A DNA stretch of 64,000 nt from assembly GCA_963801605.1 (NCBI GenBank), contig CAWDFP010000006.1:1536001-1600000 (forward strand), read 5' to 3'. The notes under the pieces are model-generated. The model saw only the letters and a list, made by a program, of their open reading frames with translations, was not told the DNA's origin and did not search any database. The first letter of the stretch is position 1. Every line of letters starts with the position of its first letter. Shown piece by piece: positions 10,990-21,600 of this stretch. Position numbers and translations under genes: made by a program. The stretch comes from an uncultured candidate division Zixibacteria bacterium (lineage in GTDB: Bacteria > Zixibacteria > MSB-5A5 > UBA10806).

Positions 10990-11389
10990 TCGAACACTAC
11001 TGATAATAAAACCCGATGCCGTTGAGCGTAACCTCATCGGCCAGATCATTGAACGGCTTGAACGTGCCCGCTTCAAAATTGTCGATATGAAAATGGTACA
11101 TCTGACTTATGATCAGGCGCGCAAATTCTACGCTGTCCACGAGGGCCGTCCTTTTTTGGATGAGCTTTGCAAATTCATGTCATCGGGCCCGATCGTGCCG
11201 ATGATCGTGGAATCTGACGGTGATACCATTAGCGGTATTCGCGCTCTCATCGGAGCTACCGACCCGTCTAAAGCCGCTCCCGGCACGGTTCGTCACGATC
11301 TCGCAGTTAGTCTGACCAAAAACTCAGTCCACGCTTCCGATGGCGAGGGCACTGCCAAAACAGAAATCGCCTTTTACTTCTCTCGATAG
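10982..11389 (+). CDS. ndk: Nucleoside diphosphate kinase
   Basis: RTLLIIKPDAV, FYAVHEGRPF, GATDP, NSVHASD catalytic His. Confidence 0.97.
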   Translation: MANRTLLIIKPDAVERNLIGQIIERLERARFKIVDMKMVHLTYDQARKFYAVHEGRPFLDELCKFMSSGPIVPMIVESDGDTISGIRALIGATDPSKAAPGTVRHDLAVSLTKNSVHASDGEGTAKTEIAFYFSR

Positions 11390-11398
11390 AGAGGAATA

Positions 11399-12653
11399 AT
11401 GCGGCAGAAAATTCCTTATGACGGCGCTTTGGTGGATATCAATTTCCCCAAGAGCGCCGTTGTTTTGAGAGCCCAAAAAATTTCCTCTCTTAAGCGATGA
11501 TGCCGTCAGGGACAAAATTGCCGCCGGTATTATTGACTTTCCCCATTCAGCCAAAGGCCAAAAAACATCTATTGTTATAAATGATGCCACCCGGCGCCTG
11601 CCAACTCCTAAGATACTCCGCTTCTTGTCGGAAATGATTCCGCTTTCGGATGCCGAAATTATTATCGCCACCGGCACCCATCGCGCTCCCTTAAGCGATG
11701 AATATCGATATTATGCTGGGCGATATGCGCCCCTTTTTCGAGGGCAGAATCATCGTTCATGACAGCAAAAATAAATCTTCGCTCGATTATCTGGGGGAGA
11801 CCTCGCGCGGAACGCCGGTCTGGATAAATAAAAAACTGAGTCTATCTGAGAGAATCATCTGCATCAACTCCGTCGAACCTCATTTTTTCGCAGGTTTTAC
11901 CGGAGGACGAAAATCGCTGATACCGGGCTTGGCGGGTTTCGATACCACCGTTGCCAATCACAGTCATGCCAAGCATGAGGATGCTAAAAGCTTGAATCTC
12001 GCCTCGAATCCGGTGCACCTCGATCTCGAGGAAGCCGTTTCTTTTATTAAAGGTAAGAATATATTTTCGATTCAACTTGTTACTTCGCGCCAGGGAGAAA
12101 TCGTCGATTTGTTCTGCGGAATCTTGTCTCAGAGTTTCCGTGATGCCTGCGATAAAGCCCGCGATGTTTATACAGTTGATATTGAGAATAAATACGATAT
12201 TGTTTTCGCCATCGGCGAACCCCCGCTGGATATTAATTTATATCAGCTTCAAAAAGGTCAGGAGCATGGCGCCGAGGCTGTCAAAGATGATGGAATTTTA
12301 ATCGTTGTCGGTGCCTGTAATGAGGGAAGTGGCTCAGATTATTTTATTAATCTGGCCTCAGGATTATCCCGACACCGAACTCGGCTCTTTCAGCTAAAGC
12401 CTTGGCAGACAATCGCTTCGGGATACACAAATTGGTCAAGACCGCCCGACGGTTGCGTCAACATAAAAATCTGGTATGTTACGAAATTAGATGACAGCCT
12501 TATCTCCAAAGTGTATTTTAGTCCCAAGAGTTCGATGCAAGCGGCATTAGATGAGGCGCTTGAAATAAAGGGGCCGAGGCGCCAAAATTGCGATACTTAA
12601 GGGATGCATGTTTCATTGTACCTATTTTAAATAATTCTAAAGGAGGCAATTGA
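11399..12653 (+). CDS. LarA-family nickel-pincer-dependent 2-hydroxyacid racemase/epimerase (several indels)
   Basis: Reconstructed IVINDATR and [29 protein letters not shown]...ANHS and PLDINLYQ..K motifs; GAGG SD before ATG 11399. Confidence 0.85.
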
Positions 12654-13582
12654 TGAGAAAGAAAGTTGCGATCATTGGCGCGGGTCATGTCGGCGAGAGC
12701 ACTGCCATGTATCTGGCCGAAAAAAATATCTGCGATATCGTAATGGTTGATATCATCGAAGATATGCCCAAGGGGAAGGCCCTTGATCTGGCTCAGGCCG
12801 GTCCGATTCGCGGCTATGATGTCTCGATTCGTTGGTACCAATAATTTCGCCGATATCAAAGGCTCCGAATTAGTGGTGGTCACATCCGGGATTGCGCGCA
12901 AACCCGGCATGACACGCGAAGATCTCAGCAAAACCAACGCCGCCATTATCGACTCTGTCGCCGACGAAATTAAAAAGAATTGTCCCAAGGCCATGGTTCT
13001 CATGGTAGCCAATCCACTCGATATCATGACCTATCATTGCTGGAAGAAACTTGGTTTCGATAACAAAGTCGTATTCGGACAGGCCGGCGTTCTCGATTCC
13101 GTTCGTTTCCGCACATTTGTCGGCTGGGAACTCGGCGTTTCTCCCAATGATGTTCAGGCGATGGTTCTCGGCGGCCATGGCGATACTATGGTCCCGCTGC
13201 CTCGTTATACTACGGTCGGCGGCGTGCCAATTACCGAGCTTATTGCTCCCGATCGAATTAAAGCCCTTTCAGATCGCACCAGAAACGGCGGTGGCGAGAT
13301 TGTAAAGCTGCTCAAGAGCGGCTCTGCCTATTACGCTCCCGCGGCGGCCACCGTTGAAATGGTCGATGCCGTTATGAACGATCACAAGCGCATCATGCCT
13401 TGCTCGGCTTATCTGACAGGCCAATACGGTATCAAGGATCTCTATATTGGCGTACCTGTTGTTCTTGGCGCCAATGGCGTGGAAAAGATTATCGAACTCA
13501 AACTCGACAAAGACGGAACTTGCCGCGCTCCAGGCCTCTGCTAAGACGTATAAGGAAATGTTGTCTGATATTAGGATATTAG
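12653..13582 (+). CDS. mdh: LDH-like malate dehydrogenase (indels near 12830 and 13515)
   Basis: [50 protein letters not shown]. Confidence 0.95.
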
Positions 13583-13639
13583 AATGTTAGCGTGCAGTCG
13601 GCAATTGCCGGACTGCCCAATAAATCAAGGAGAGATAAA

Positions 13640-15292
13640 ATGGGTAAAACCCTGGCTGAAAAAATTCTGAGCAGCCATTCGGGCGGGATGTACCGCCGGC
13701 GAGATTACGATCGCCAAAGTCGATCTCTGCCTGCTGCAGGATGGCACCGGGCCTCTGACTATCCGCCAGGTGGAGAAGTTGGGGGTAACGAAACTGGCCA
13801 ATCCTCAAACGTACGGTTTTCTTTTTGGATCACGCCTCGCCCGCGCCGCGCAAGGAGCTTTCCAACGATCACATGTTCATCCGGCAATTTGCCGCCAAAA
13901 TGGGTGCGCATCTCGTCGATGTCGGCAGAGGAATCTGCCATGTGGTCATTAATGAAAAATTTGTCAATCCCGGCGAGATCCTGATCGGCGCCGATAGCCA
14001 TACCTGCACCGGTGGCGCGCTGGCTTGTTTCGCGACCGGAATGGGTTCCACCGATGTCGGTATCGGAATGGCCTATGGTAAAACCTGGTTCCGCGTACCG
14101 GAGACATTTAAAATTTATGTGACCGGCGAATTTCCGCTGGGCGTATTCCCCAAGGATTTGATTCTGCATCTTATCGGCCTGATCGGTGCCGATGGCGCAA
14201 CCTACAAATCGTTGGAATTCTGCGGACCGACTATCGATAAGATGGATATGTCGGGACGGTTTACGCTTTCGAATATGGCGGTCGAGGCCGGCGCCAAGGT
14301 CGGACTTATTGCCTCCGATGAAACCACTCGCGCCTATCTTGAGAATATGGGTCGCGGCGATAAATATATCCCGCTTAAGGGCGACGATAACGCCGAATTT
14401 GAACGCGTGATCGAAATCGATGTTTCCAAGCTTACGCCCACGGTCAGCTTCCCGCATACCGTCGATAATACTCGCACCATCGAGGAGGCGGTCGGCACCA
14501 AAATCGATCAGGTTTTCCTCGGTACCTGTACCAATTCCCGAATTGAGGATTGGGAAGTTGTCGCCAAAATGATTAAAGGGAAAGAAAAAAGCGCGCGAAT
14601 ATCCGCTTCATCGCTGTGCCCGGTTCTGAGGATGTCTTAAAGGAAGCAATTTCCAGAGGGTACTATCAAACCTTAATCGAATTTGGCGCCGTAATGGTCA
14701 CACCCGGCTGCGGTCCTTGCGTAGGAATCCACGAGGGCGTGCCCGGTGACGGTGAAGTCCGTACTTTCGACTCAGAATCGTAATTTCCAGGGACGAATGG
14801 GCAATCCTGAATCTTCGATTTATCTGGCTTCACCGGCAACCATTGCGGCTACCGCTATCGAGGGCAAACTCGCCGATCCCGAAAATATGTCAAGGAGCTT
14901 CAGAGTATCGGACATCCGGATGTGATCGACACCGAGGCCTTGAAAGCCCTGGCTAAATCCGCTCAGAAAACAGTCGAACGCGTTGCGATGGATACCGCCG
15001 CATATCTGGGCCCGGCCGCCAAAGATGCTTCCGTGAAAGTTGAGGGCATGGCCAGGAAGGCGATTAGCGATTATGCTCCCAAAGCGCAGCAGGCCGCCAA
15101 AGAGTTTGAATCCAAACTTATCCAAACTAACTTCGGACGTTTCTAAAGCGGTAAAGGATGCCTTAAAATCCAAATCTGCCCCGAAAGCCGGGAAAAAGCT
15201 AGCCCGTAAAAAGATAACTGCCAGCACCAAAAAAAGCGCATCAACCAAAACGCCGCAAGGCCGTCAAAGCCAAGCGTGTGACGAAAAGGTAG
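13640..15292 (+). CDS. LeuC/homoaconitase-type aconitase-family large subunit, probably with a long C-terminal extension (multiple indels)
   Basis: [51 protein letters not shown]...ADP(RKY); the end at 15292 is reconstructed across indels. Confidence 0.85.
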
Positions 15293-15302
15293 GAGGTGAA
15301 AT

Positions 15303-15802
15303 ATGCTTAAGGGAAAAGCCTGGAAATTCGGCGATGGAATTTCGACTGATCATATCGCTCCCGGACGGTATTTTCATCTTCGTTCCAATATGCCGGAATT
15401 GGCCAAACATGTTTTGGAGGATGCCGATCCTGAATTCGCCTCCAAAATGACTCCCGGCGATTTTGTTGTCGGCGGCAAGAACTTTCGGATTGGGATCATC
15501 GACGTGAGCATGCTCCGACCATCATCAAAATGGCTGGGGTATCGGCCGTACTGGCGAAATCGTTTGCGCGGATTTTCTTCCGTAATGCGGTCAATGTTGG
15601 CTTGCCGGTTCTCATCTGCGATACGGATAAAATCAACGCCGGCGATCAGCTCGAGGTTAATCTTGAATCCGGCGAGATTCACGATCTCACCAACGGCCAG
15701 AAACTTGATTTCAAACCGTTGCCAAAATCGATGATCAGAATTTTGAACGATGGCGGCCTGATCGCCCATTTACAAAAACACGGCGATTTTAAGCTGGATT
15801 GA
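15303..15802 (+). CDS. LeuD/homoaconitase-type small subunit (indels near 15490-15530)
   Basis: GKAWKFGDGISTDHIAPGRY, GKNF, AKSFARIFFRNAVNVGLP, GGLIAHL; AGGAGG SD. Confidence 0.9.
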
Positions 15803-15813
15803 TTAGTTATTTC

Positions 15814-15923
15814 GTAACCGGGGGACCACTATGGTCCCCGGTCATTTAGGCTGTCACCTTTGTAGGTCAAAACCCCTTGGCGGTTTTGACAAACCTGTGT
15901 GGGTCGGATTCCGAAAATTCGAC
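15814..15923 (+). repeat. REP-like hairpin cluster
   Basis: ACCGGGG..CCCCGGT (15814-15842), GTAGGTCAAAACC..GGTTTTGAC (15862-15890), degenerate GTGGGTCGGATT..AATTCGAC (15899-15923). Confidence 0.7.
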
Positions 15924-15955
15924 AAAAAACTAAAACCAAATACTTGCAAACAACT

Positions 15956-16147
15956 ATGTTCAAAAATTTTTCACGAATTCTCTGGGGCCTGGTTTTTATC
16001 GCTATAGGCATTGCCTTGCTGATGGATCGATTCGGATATATCGTATTTGATCTGGGCAACTTCCTGCATAACTGGTGGCCCTTGATCCTGGTCATTATCG
16101 GCTTGGGAATGATACTCGATAAAGCGCCTGAAAAACGGACGAAGTAA
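15956..16147 (+). CDS. Small two-TM LiaI/LiaF-like (DUF5668-like) membrane protein
   Basis: ILWGLVFIAIGIALL...NWWPLILVIIGL. Confidence 0.7.
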   Translation: MFKNFSRILWGLVFIAIGIALLMDRFGYIVFDLGNFLHNWWPLILVIIGLGMILDKAPEKRTK

Positions 16148-16149
16148 TC

Positions 16150-16732
16150 ATGCCTGTTGGCCGGGATTATCGATTTGGCGGCAGACTCCTTGCCGGGATT
16201 ATCATCATCTTTCTCGGCTTGCTTTTTCTTCTGGGCAATATCTATCCCGAATTCGATGCCGCGCGCTACCTTGGAAAACTCTGGCCGCTTATCATAATCG
16301 TTATCGGACTTTATCTGATTTTCCACCAGGCGCGCCGACAGACATCATATTTTTATAGGGGGATCATCAGGCCGCAACCGGGTTGTCGGTGATATCGATC
16401 TTGATTATTCTAATAAAGAAATCGGTAATGCCGATGCTTCCCAGATCGTGGGTGATCTTAAAATCAATTATTCCGGCGGCCATCTCAAACCTGGCATAAA
16501 TCATTTTACCATCTCCATGATTGTCGGAGATACTCTCCTGATAGTCCCGGCGGCGTTTCCCTTGAGAATTTCCGCCAGAACTATACTTGGAGATATTCAA
16601 ATCGATGGTCAACGCCAGGAGGGCTTTCTGCCCCGATTGGAACACCTGGATAGCAATTACCAAACCGCCGAGAGCAAACTATTTATCACCATAAATAGTA
16701 TCATCGGCGATATGACCGTCAGGAGATCATGA
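16150..16732 (+). CDS. LiaF-related membrane protein with C-terminal beta-rich domain (indel near 16360)
   Basis: GIIIIFLGLLFLL...KLWPLIIIVIG followed by repeated xGDxxI strands (VGDLKI, IVGDTLL, LGDIQI, IIGDMTV). Confidence 0.7.
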
Positions 16733-16739
16733 ATTCGGT

Positions 16740-16778
16740 GTAGGTCGGGTTCCGAGTCCCTTGGACGAGAAACCCGAC
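16740..16778 (+). repeat. GTAG REP-like hairpin
   Basis: GTAGGTCGGGTTCCGAGTCCCTTGGACGAGAAACCCGAC, near-identical to the copies at 5372, 23123 and 32057. Confidence 0.85.
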
Positions 16779-16834
16779 AATGAAACTTGAATATAATCGA
16801 TAATTAACACAACTCGCATCACATTGGAGGAGAA

Positions 16835-18078
16835 TTGAAATTCAAAAAACTTGAAATCCCTGCGGAGGGTACGCCAATAAAAATCGTCGGTAATAAAATT
16901 AAGGTACCTGACGATCCCATCATTCCTGTTATCGAGGGCGATGGCATCGGCCCCGATATCATGCGCGCCACCCGACGAGTGGTGGATTCTGCGGTGGAGA
17001 AAATGCTATGGCGGCAAAAAACGTATCGTTTGGTTTGATATCTATGCCGGTGATGCCGCTAACGAACGCTATGGCGAATACCTGCCAAAAGACACTCTCG
17101 ATGCTATCAAAACTTATATCGTGGCTCTCAAAGGCCCGTTGACTACTCCAATCGGAGGCGGCTTTCGTTCCCTTAACGTCACCCTGCGACAGGTGCTTGA
17201 TCTCTATGCTTGCGTCCGGCCGGTTCGCTACTTCACTGGCGTTCCTGCGCCGGTAACTCATCCCGAACGAATGAATGTCGTCATCTTCAGGGAAAATACT
17301 GAGGACGTTTACGCCGGTATTGAATGGCGCAAGGGAACTAAGGAAGCCCGAAAAATAATCAGCTTCATTAAAAGTGAGATGGGGATTAAGATTCGCACCG
17401 ATTCAGGCATCGGCATCAAACCAATGTCGGACTTCGGCACCAAACGTCTGGTGCGCAAAGCCATTAACTATGCTCTGGAAAATAACCGCAAATCGGTGAC
17501 CCTGGTACACAAGGGTAATATCATGAAATATACCGAGGGCGCTTTCCGCGACTGGGGTTATGAATTGGCTAAAGAGGAGTTCGCTAAGAAAACCATCACC
17601 GAAACCGAGCTTGACTGAAAAATATAATGGCGAAATTCCGGCAGGTCGCATCGTAATCAAGGATCGTATCGCCGATTCCATGTTCCAACAGATTCTCACC
17701 CGCACCGATGAGTACGAAGTTCTGGCCACTCCCAATCTAAACGGCGATTATCTTTCTGACGCTTGTGCCGCTCAGGTTGGCGGTCTCGGAATGGCTCCGG
17801 GCGCCAATATCGGCGATTTTATAGGGTTGTTCGAGGCTACTCACGGCACCGCGCCCAAGTATGCCAACAAAGATATGATTAATCCTGGTTCGTTGCTGCT
17901 TTCGGCGGTTTTGATGCTTGAATATCTTGGCTGGAACGAGGCTGGCCATGCTATTGAAAATGCGATTGAAAAAACGATCATGCAAAAAACCGTAACCTAC
18001 GATCTCGAACGTCAAATGGCCGGAGCCACCAAGGTTTCAACCTCGCAATTTGGAACCCACATCATCGCAAATTTATAG
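16835..18078 (+). CDS. icd: NADP-dependent isocitrate dehydrogenase (indels near 17000 and 17610)
   Basis: [65 protein letters not shown]. Confidence 0.96.
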
Positions 18079-18107
18079 AAAAGTTATAAAATTGAATTCC
18101 GTTTTTC

Positions 18108-18138
18108 GCCGGGGACGACTTCGCTCCCCGGTTTTTAT
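18108..18138 (+). terminator. Intrinsic terminator after icd
   Basis: CCGGGGA/TCCCCGG stem followed by TTTTTAT. Confidence 0.75.
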
Positions 18139-18153
18139 ATGGGTTGTAAGCCC

Positions 18154-18297
18154 ATTGCGAGGTCGCTTCGACCGTGGCAAACTAAGTCTATTGTAGGTCA
18201 AGACTGAGCTTTACCCGATAAATTGGGTGTCATAATTTATTATGACCCCAATTTGTTTGTGGTGTCGGGTCCCCGAACCCGACACATACAGCGGTCA
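18154..18297. repeat. Hairpin mosaic including copy 1 of a roughly 74-bp direct repeat (18224-18297)
   Basis: TGGGTGTCATAATTTATTATGACCCCAATT followed by GTGTCGGGT..ACCCGACAC; repeated at 19029-19101. Confidence 0.8.
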
Positions 18298-18759
18298 ACT
18301 ATCCTTTTTTGATTCTAAATGCGATAGAATCCTCAGCATCAGCTCATTCTGATTTTCGAGGTGCAGCAGGATCGCCTCGATTTCTCGTTCTGCTTTCACG
18401 TTTACCTCAAAATCGGTCTCGGCCCGGATTTCCGCGTGACGTCCCTGTAAATTCTGGCCAATCATTATCAGCGGCATCAGGAAAATCTGTAACATATTGG
18501 ATATAAACAGCCAGAGTACAAACGCCGGGAACGGGTCGAATCGCAGCCCTTGAGGCGCTAACGTGTTCCAGCCCAGCCAGAGTGCGGTCCAGGCGAAAAT
18601 CACAAAGAAAAATCCCATTGTGCCGATATGCTCGGTGACGACCAGCGAGAATTTCTCAAGTCTGGTGAGAGTCTCCTGATGCGCGATATTGGCGTTCTTT
18701 ATGGGCGTACGCAGTTTGATTAGTTCCGCATGTGACAGCCTCTGCGGTTTGGTATCCAT
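18295..18759 (-). CDS. DUF1003-like membrane protein
   Basis: IGTMGFFFVIFAW..W, FDPFPAFVLWLF, PLIMIGQN, DFEVNVKAE; GGAGGAG SD before ATG 18759. Confidence 0.85.
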   Translation of the reverse strand: MDTKPQRLSHAELIKLRTPIKNANIAHQETLTRLEKFSLVVTEHIGTMGFFFVIFAWTALWLGWNTLAPQGLRFDPFPAFVLWLFISNMLQIFLMPLIMIGQNLQGRHAEIRAETDFEVNVKAEREIEAILLHLENQNELMLRILSHLESKKDS

Positions 18760-18908
18760 TTCTCCTCCAGCGATTAGGCGGCAATCCAAGCAAGCGTTAT
18801 CAATCATTTCAGATATTGTGATTCATTACTTAAGATATAGATTGCCATATTGCAACCGCTTTTTGACAGGCCGCCGCACCCGCCCTACCCGTGGACACTC
18901 CGTGTGCC

Positions 18909-19124
18909 GTTGTTCGTGGTGACGGGTCCCCGAACCCGACACATACAGCAGTAGGTCAGGTGCCCCGGCACCTGACAAACAGGTAAAAAGAGTCAGGTCG
19001 CAGGCGACCTGACCTACGTAGGCTAAACTGGGTGTCATAATTTATTATGACCCCAATTGTTCGTGCTGTCGGGTCTCCGTACCCGACACCTATAGTGGTC
19101 AGGTTCGGGGACCTAACCGCACAG
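18909..19124. repeat. Dense REP mosaic containing an inverted GTAG pair (REPIN-like) and direct-repeat copy 2
   Basis: GTAGGTCAGGTGCC..GGCACCTGAC (18951-18976) facing GTCAGGTCGC..GCGACCTGACCTAC (18992-19017); repeat copy at 19029-19101; GGTCAGGTT..ACCTAACCGC. Confidence 0.8.
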
Positions 19125-19140
19125 AATTAAGTTTATTTAA

Positions 19141-21218
19141 TTATTTCTGCTTAGTAAAGAGCGCCTTTAGAGGCTGGACTAGGATTAATCTTTCCTTTTC
19201 GTTCGTTATGAAACGAAATAATATAGATACTCCAATAAATATGGCCGTAAAATATTCCCAGAAATTTGCGGCTTTCTGAAGCAAATTACTTCCTTCAGCA
19301 TAAATATTTGTAATATACAGCATTAATAATTCTATAATAATTAATAATGTAATAGAAAATGCCAATTTATTTTGGCCTGAACGTTTAGAATCTTCGTATT
19401 CTTGCTTTGTTTCCAAATCCTTTAACTTTTGATTAAGATGATCGATTTCAGATCCCTTAATATTAATTTGTTCTTGTAACTTGTTCTCTCGTGATGAAAA
19501 TTCTACCGCTGCTTCTCCTAGGAGCTTTTCATAATAGGCCCTAATTTCTGATTTTTCGCCTTCTAACTTTAATATATCTTGCTTATACTGCCTATCAGAA
19601 CTTGCAAAAAACTTAGAAACTTCATACATGAGTTTTTCTCGATCCCTTGGATCGTGGGGATTCAACTTAGGCGCTTTCGTTTTAATATATTTTATACATT
19701 GCTCTACATCCTTTGCGGGCAAATTTTTACAGGTCATATGCATATCGTGAAAGATTTCAAAATCCTCCAGCACAAAAAATCTATCTTGGGGTAACAATTT
19801 AAATTTTAGTAATTCCGAAAATATTGCCGATACTTCGCAGTCGTCTTCGTCCGGTAGGAAGAGCGGAGATACCCATTGAATGAAGGTATCAAGGCTCAGC
19901 GCAGGAGAAGTTTCTAATGAGTTGATTAAAACTCCTGTTAAAGAAGTATCTGCCGTTATTACCCAAGCATTGCCCTTGATACTCTTTTTAAATTTAGCTG
20001 CCCAAAGCAATAGTTTGGAATCATGAATTGCACTTCCGCTCCTTTTTGGGAAATTTCCCTAATTGGAAATTTCGATGCTGCAAGACTGCCGCGAACTTTT
20101 TTATTTCATTAGATTTATCAGCATCTATAAACCATTTGTCATCATCCAACTCAATTGCACAGCCATTTTTAAGAATTTCCATTGGGTTTTCAAAATTTTT
20201 AAATAAATCTTCAATTTCAGGTTGTTCACCTTTTTCGATTTTCGATAAATAAATTTCGTAAAAAAGGGATCTTATTTCTTTTGATAATTCTTTGGGTATT
20301 TGATCTAAAGCATTAATTAAAAGAGTCCGCTGATGTTGTATCCATCCCCTTAGTTCATCCAATGAAATTTGGCATATTTTTATTTTAATTCCTAACTGCT
20401 TGCAGGCTTTAGCAAAAAGGCAATAACTATAATAATTCCGGTGGGTAGGTTCTAGTGCAGAAATTATAATATTTGTATCTAGATATAATGTTGATTTCTG
20501 GAATATTTCTTTAGAAATTAAATCGGTAGCTGAATCCATGCCAATTATTTTTGATACGAAATAATTTTGCGCGATTCTCCATTTTAATTCGTCATATGCC
20601 GGATCTACGGTTTCAAAAAATAGCAAAACTGCTTTTTCCAATATTTTAATGTCTATCAATTCATATTTAACTTTAACCTTTTCCAAGGCAGATTGGATCA
20701 AGGCCATTCCCACTAATTGATTTTTATTTATTTCTCCTGTAATTAGGTACGCACTATCTTCTCCTAATTTACTAAAAATATGGCAGATACTTAAAAGAAA
20801 TGGTTCATTATATGAATAATGATTTTCTACTGACTCTCCAAATAATCGTTTAACCACCCCATTCAAGTGGGTTTCTGCTTGATGCTCTATTGCTGTAATT
20901 TGGGTCCTTCTCTGTTCTGTCAATCGATATGCTTTGTTCCCATTAAGCGACTGGGGCGCTATGCAATTCTTGGCGACAAGTCTGTCAACTACCAGCTTAA
21001 TGGTCATTTGATCGATGTGATATCCTCCGGTTTGTTTCGCGAATTCCTTTTTGCATTTCAACAATATCAATCGGATTTGGATTAGCTAAAGCAAAAAGGA
21101 TATGTTCTATAGCTCTTTCTAAAGCAGTTTCCTTGATAGCTTGCGTTTCGGGAGAAAATCTGAATTTGGTTGATAAAAGCATTGCCTTTGTTTTGTCATT
21201 TTCAGATGAAGGGGGCAT
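19141..21218 (-). CDS. AT-rich large protein with PIN-like nuclease motifs, a coiled coil and two C-terminal TM helices (indels near 21060 and 20030)
   Basis: Three consecutive minus-strand ORFs join; LYLDTNIII...SLDEL...IHD...WVITADTSL acidic pattern; hydrophobic C-terminal segments. Confidence 0.65.
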
Positions 21219-21423
21219 TTAAACCTCAAATAAAAATTAATTTTATTTACAAATAAACACAAATTTATTCTTAAGCAAGATGCGATAAAAGAAATAATCC
21301 CCCCATTATGCCATATATTATTGGATAATTGAAAAGTCGTGTCAAGCAATTTCTTTGCTTATAATAATCATTATGGCGCAAAAATAATACCCTTCGCCAA
21401 GAAAACAAGTACTGAATAAACCG

Positions 21424-21552
21424 GCAGCGGTCAGGTTCGGAGACCTGACCGCACAGTTAGGCATAGGATACATGATTATCTCGGTCCAATGGACTTCGGA
21501 AAGAATGCCACCCCATGCAATAGGGGCGAGGGATTCGAACCCCCTCGCCTTC
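21424..21552 (+). repeat. Two REP-like hairpins
   Basis: GCGGTCAGGT..ACCTGACCGC (21427-21452) and TAGGGGCGAGGG..CCCTCGCC (21521-21549). Confidence 0.65.
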
Positions 21553-21600
21553 CCACAAACCCCTTGACTTACCCGCCCCAAATCTTTATCTATCCACGTT

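Noticed and set aside
16740..16778. GA-GTCC-loop-GGAC-GAGAAAC resembling hammerhead ribozyme stem II
   Set aside because: The CUGAUGA core is absent, GAAA is displaced by an extra GA, and there is no third stem
18154..21456. Classical integron cassette array
   Set aside because: No RYYYAAC...GTTRRRY attC boundaries recognisable after the stops, and no integrase in the window
21505..21555. GGGATTCGAACCC resembling the reverse complement of a tRNA T-arm
   Set aside because: No D-arm, anticodon arm or acceptor stem can be built; it is the loop of a GGCGAGGG/CCCTCGCC REP-like hairpin
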